Assembly: GCF_016432865.1 (NCBI RefSeq)
Contig: NC_067401.1
Coordinates: 113,460,001-113,524,000, forward strand
Direction: 5' to 3'
DNA length: 64,000 nucleotides
Source of the DNA: Antechinus flavipes
Lineage: Eukaryota
Made by a program: the position numbers and the translations under genes. The notes under the pieces were generated by a model. The model was not told the DNA's origin and did no database searches. It saw only the letters and a program-made list of their open reading frames with translations. Shown one piece after another: positions 61,887 through 64,000 of the stretch (position 1 is the first letter of the stretch; the number at the start of each line of letters is the position of its first letter).

Positions 61887-64000
61887 ATTTTTTCCAGGAA
61901 CAATTATAGTAATCTGATTTTTGTCCTAAGAACTAGAACTAGAGCTAATAAAGGTATTTGTGAGGGTGGGAGTAGGGGACAGGAATGGCATAAAGATGGC
62001 AAGAGAATAACAATAATTCCCACCTATATGGGTCAGATTAATTACTGGGTGAATACTAAGGTCTTTTCTAACTCCAAGTTTTCATGATTTGATTTGTCTC
62101 ATCGAAGACTGGCTCAAAGGTCTGACCTCAGCTCAGATTGTGATGGGGCCTAAAAGCTAATTGGTCCTCTTAAATATATGAGTGTCCCAATTTCTGATTC
62201 ATGGTTAGGTTCTATTTCTATTCATTATTCTCTCTCCCACTGAACAAATAACCTCCAGAGACTGGAATACATGCACTCCTTTTTCATCTTTACAGAATGG
62301 AATCCCTAGCTTCTTCAAAAACACAGTTCAAAAGCTACAGTCTAATGCTTATTCATACACACTCTCTTTATAAGCAATTATTCCTTCTTGGAATTACACT
62401 GTATTCCTTTGTGTATATTTTGTTTCAATTCCCAGAATTTTACATTCTCCAGGAGAATGGATTTCTTGAGGACACCATGTTTCAATTGATGCCTTTATCT
62501 CTCCAAATGTACCAGGTGGGCTCAGATTCAGTATCTCAGTATTCTTTCCTCTATTCTGCTGTGTCTGGATTATATGCTAACTTTGGTGGGTCTTAGACTT
62601 TTATTTAGATGGGGCTTATAGCATAAAAGTACAATTATCTGTAGACATGTCATATTTCATCATTAGTCTCTACCACAGAGAGATCATTTCCACTGGGTTG
62701 ACAACATTATTCAAATGCCAAATGTTTGCTTGCCAAAAAGATTCTTTTATGGAGAACTCACACAGGGGAAGTGCTCATATAGGGTCAGAAAAAAAATGAT
62801 ACAAGGACACTCTCAATGTCTCTTTTGAGAACTTTGAACTTCATTATGGGAAATGGGAGACACTAGCATAGGACCACTCAATATGGGTGTATCCTCATCA
62901 AAGAAGATGCTATTCTCTATGAGCAAAGCAGAACTGAAGTAGCTCAAAAGAAACATGAAATGTTTAGAAAATCCACCCCAAAATGTTCACATGGACTATT
63001 TGTGCCTGATTTATTGATCTGATCAGCCATAATCAGACACCTAACTAAACTCTAAAATAATGATGTTATTTTAGTTCTCTTCAAGAACAAAGGACAAATT
63101 CTAAGGACAGAAGTTGCTGTGGGTAAGGTTTTGGCTCAGTGTAACAAGTGTAACAATTAGAGATGTTTCAAACTGGATTTGACTGTTTAGAAAAGTAATA
63201 TGCTATCCATCAGTGGAAATCTTCTAGTAGAAGTTGATTGACTACTTGTTAGGAATAGTATAGAAGGGATCAAACTAAAAGGCTTCCTGCTATGGTCCCA
63301 TATTATTCAGTGGTTCTGCAATATTACCTTGATATTGTTTCTCAAAGATCTCAAACAAGTTTCAATAGGCTAAGATTGAGCCCTTTGAGAGCAAAAGTTA
63401 TTTTTGCCTTTTTTTAATACCATCTTTAGCAGAGTGCTCATTACATACAAATGATTAACAAATCTTCATTGACTTGATTTCATTTGACTTGGCTACAACA
63501 ATGCTTTACTATGAATGGAACTAAATTTTTTTCCCCCGGGGAAGCCTAGAAGTCATTGTTTTATATACCTGTGTTCTGACTCTCATTTCCTACCTCTACA
63601 TCCAACTCCCCTTTTTGTTCTCAAGGACCCTTGCTGATGGTCCTCCATCTTCTAGTGAAGAAATCCGTAGGATTATGATACTTGTCTTTTAACAATGATA
63701 ATAATTATAATTAATAATTTAATTTCTAAGACATTTTAAGTCTTATCAACCATTTCCTTTCTCACAATAACCTGTGAAGTAGGCAGAATAAGTACCATCC
63801 TGGTGATGTAGTGAATAGGATATTGGATTTGGAATCAGAAATATCTGAGTTTGAGACCAACTGTGGCTAAGTCACTCAATTTCTCATAGCCTCAATTTTC
63901 TCATTTGTAAGATGAGGACAGTAATAGAATCTACTTCATGTGGGTTGTTGGGATGGTCAAATGAGATAATACACAGAAAGCATTTTGCAAACCTTAAAGA

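Overview
Eukaryotic (vertebrate) genomic DNA, AT-rich and dense in repeats. The repeats (marsupial-type L1 3' ends, MAR1/RTE-type SINEs, MIR, L2, CR1/L3, hAT MITEs) point to a marsupial, probably a dasyurid; this is inference. The window is part of the epidermal differentiation complex (EDC). I can support two protein-coding genes, both on the minus strand. Each has the simple-EDC layout: TATA box, short non-coding exon 1, one intron, whole CDS in exon 2. They are involucrin (IVL, CDS 53715-52522, 397 aa) and an SPRR4-like cornified-envelope gene (CDS 10996-10799, 65 aa), in the same order and orientation as human IVL-SPRR4. The most interesting signals are: (1) an involucrin repeat segment built from 4-codon (LEQQ) and 8-codon (LESKQEQQ) modules, whose seven-copy block varies only synonymously; (2) an SPRR4 with three tandem Cys-Cys heptads; (3) apparent conservation of both the proximal AP-1 site and the distal regulatory region of the IVL promoter, the latter with a changed AP-1/Sp1 core; (4) candidate keratinocyte enhancers (GRHL/AP-1/ETS module, E-box cluster). 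There are five N-gaps, one flanked by a probable false duplication. No prokaryotic features, CRISPR array or RNA gene were seen. Comparisons to human sequences are from memory and need alignment to confirm. Repeat boundaries are approximate and family names come from motif recognition only.
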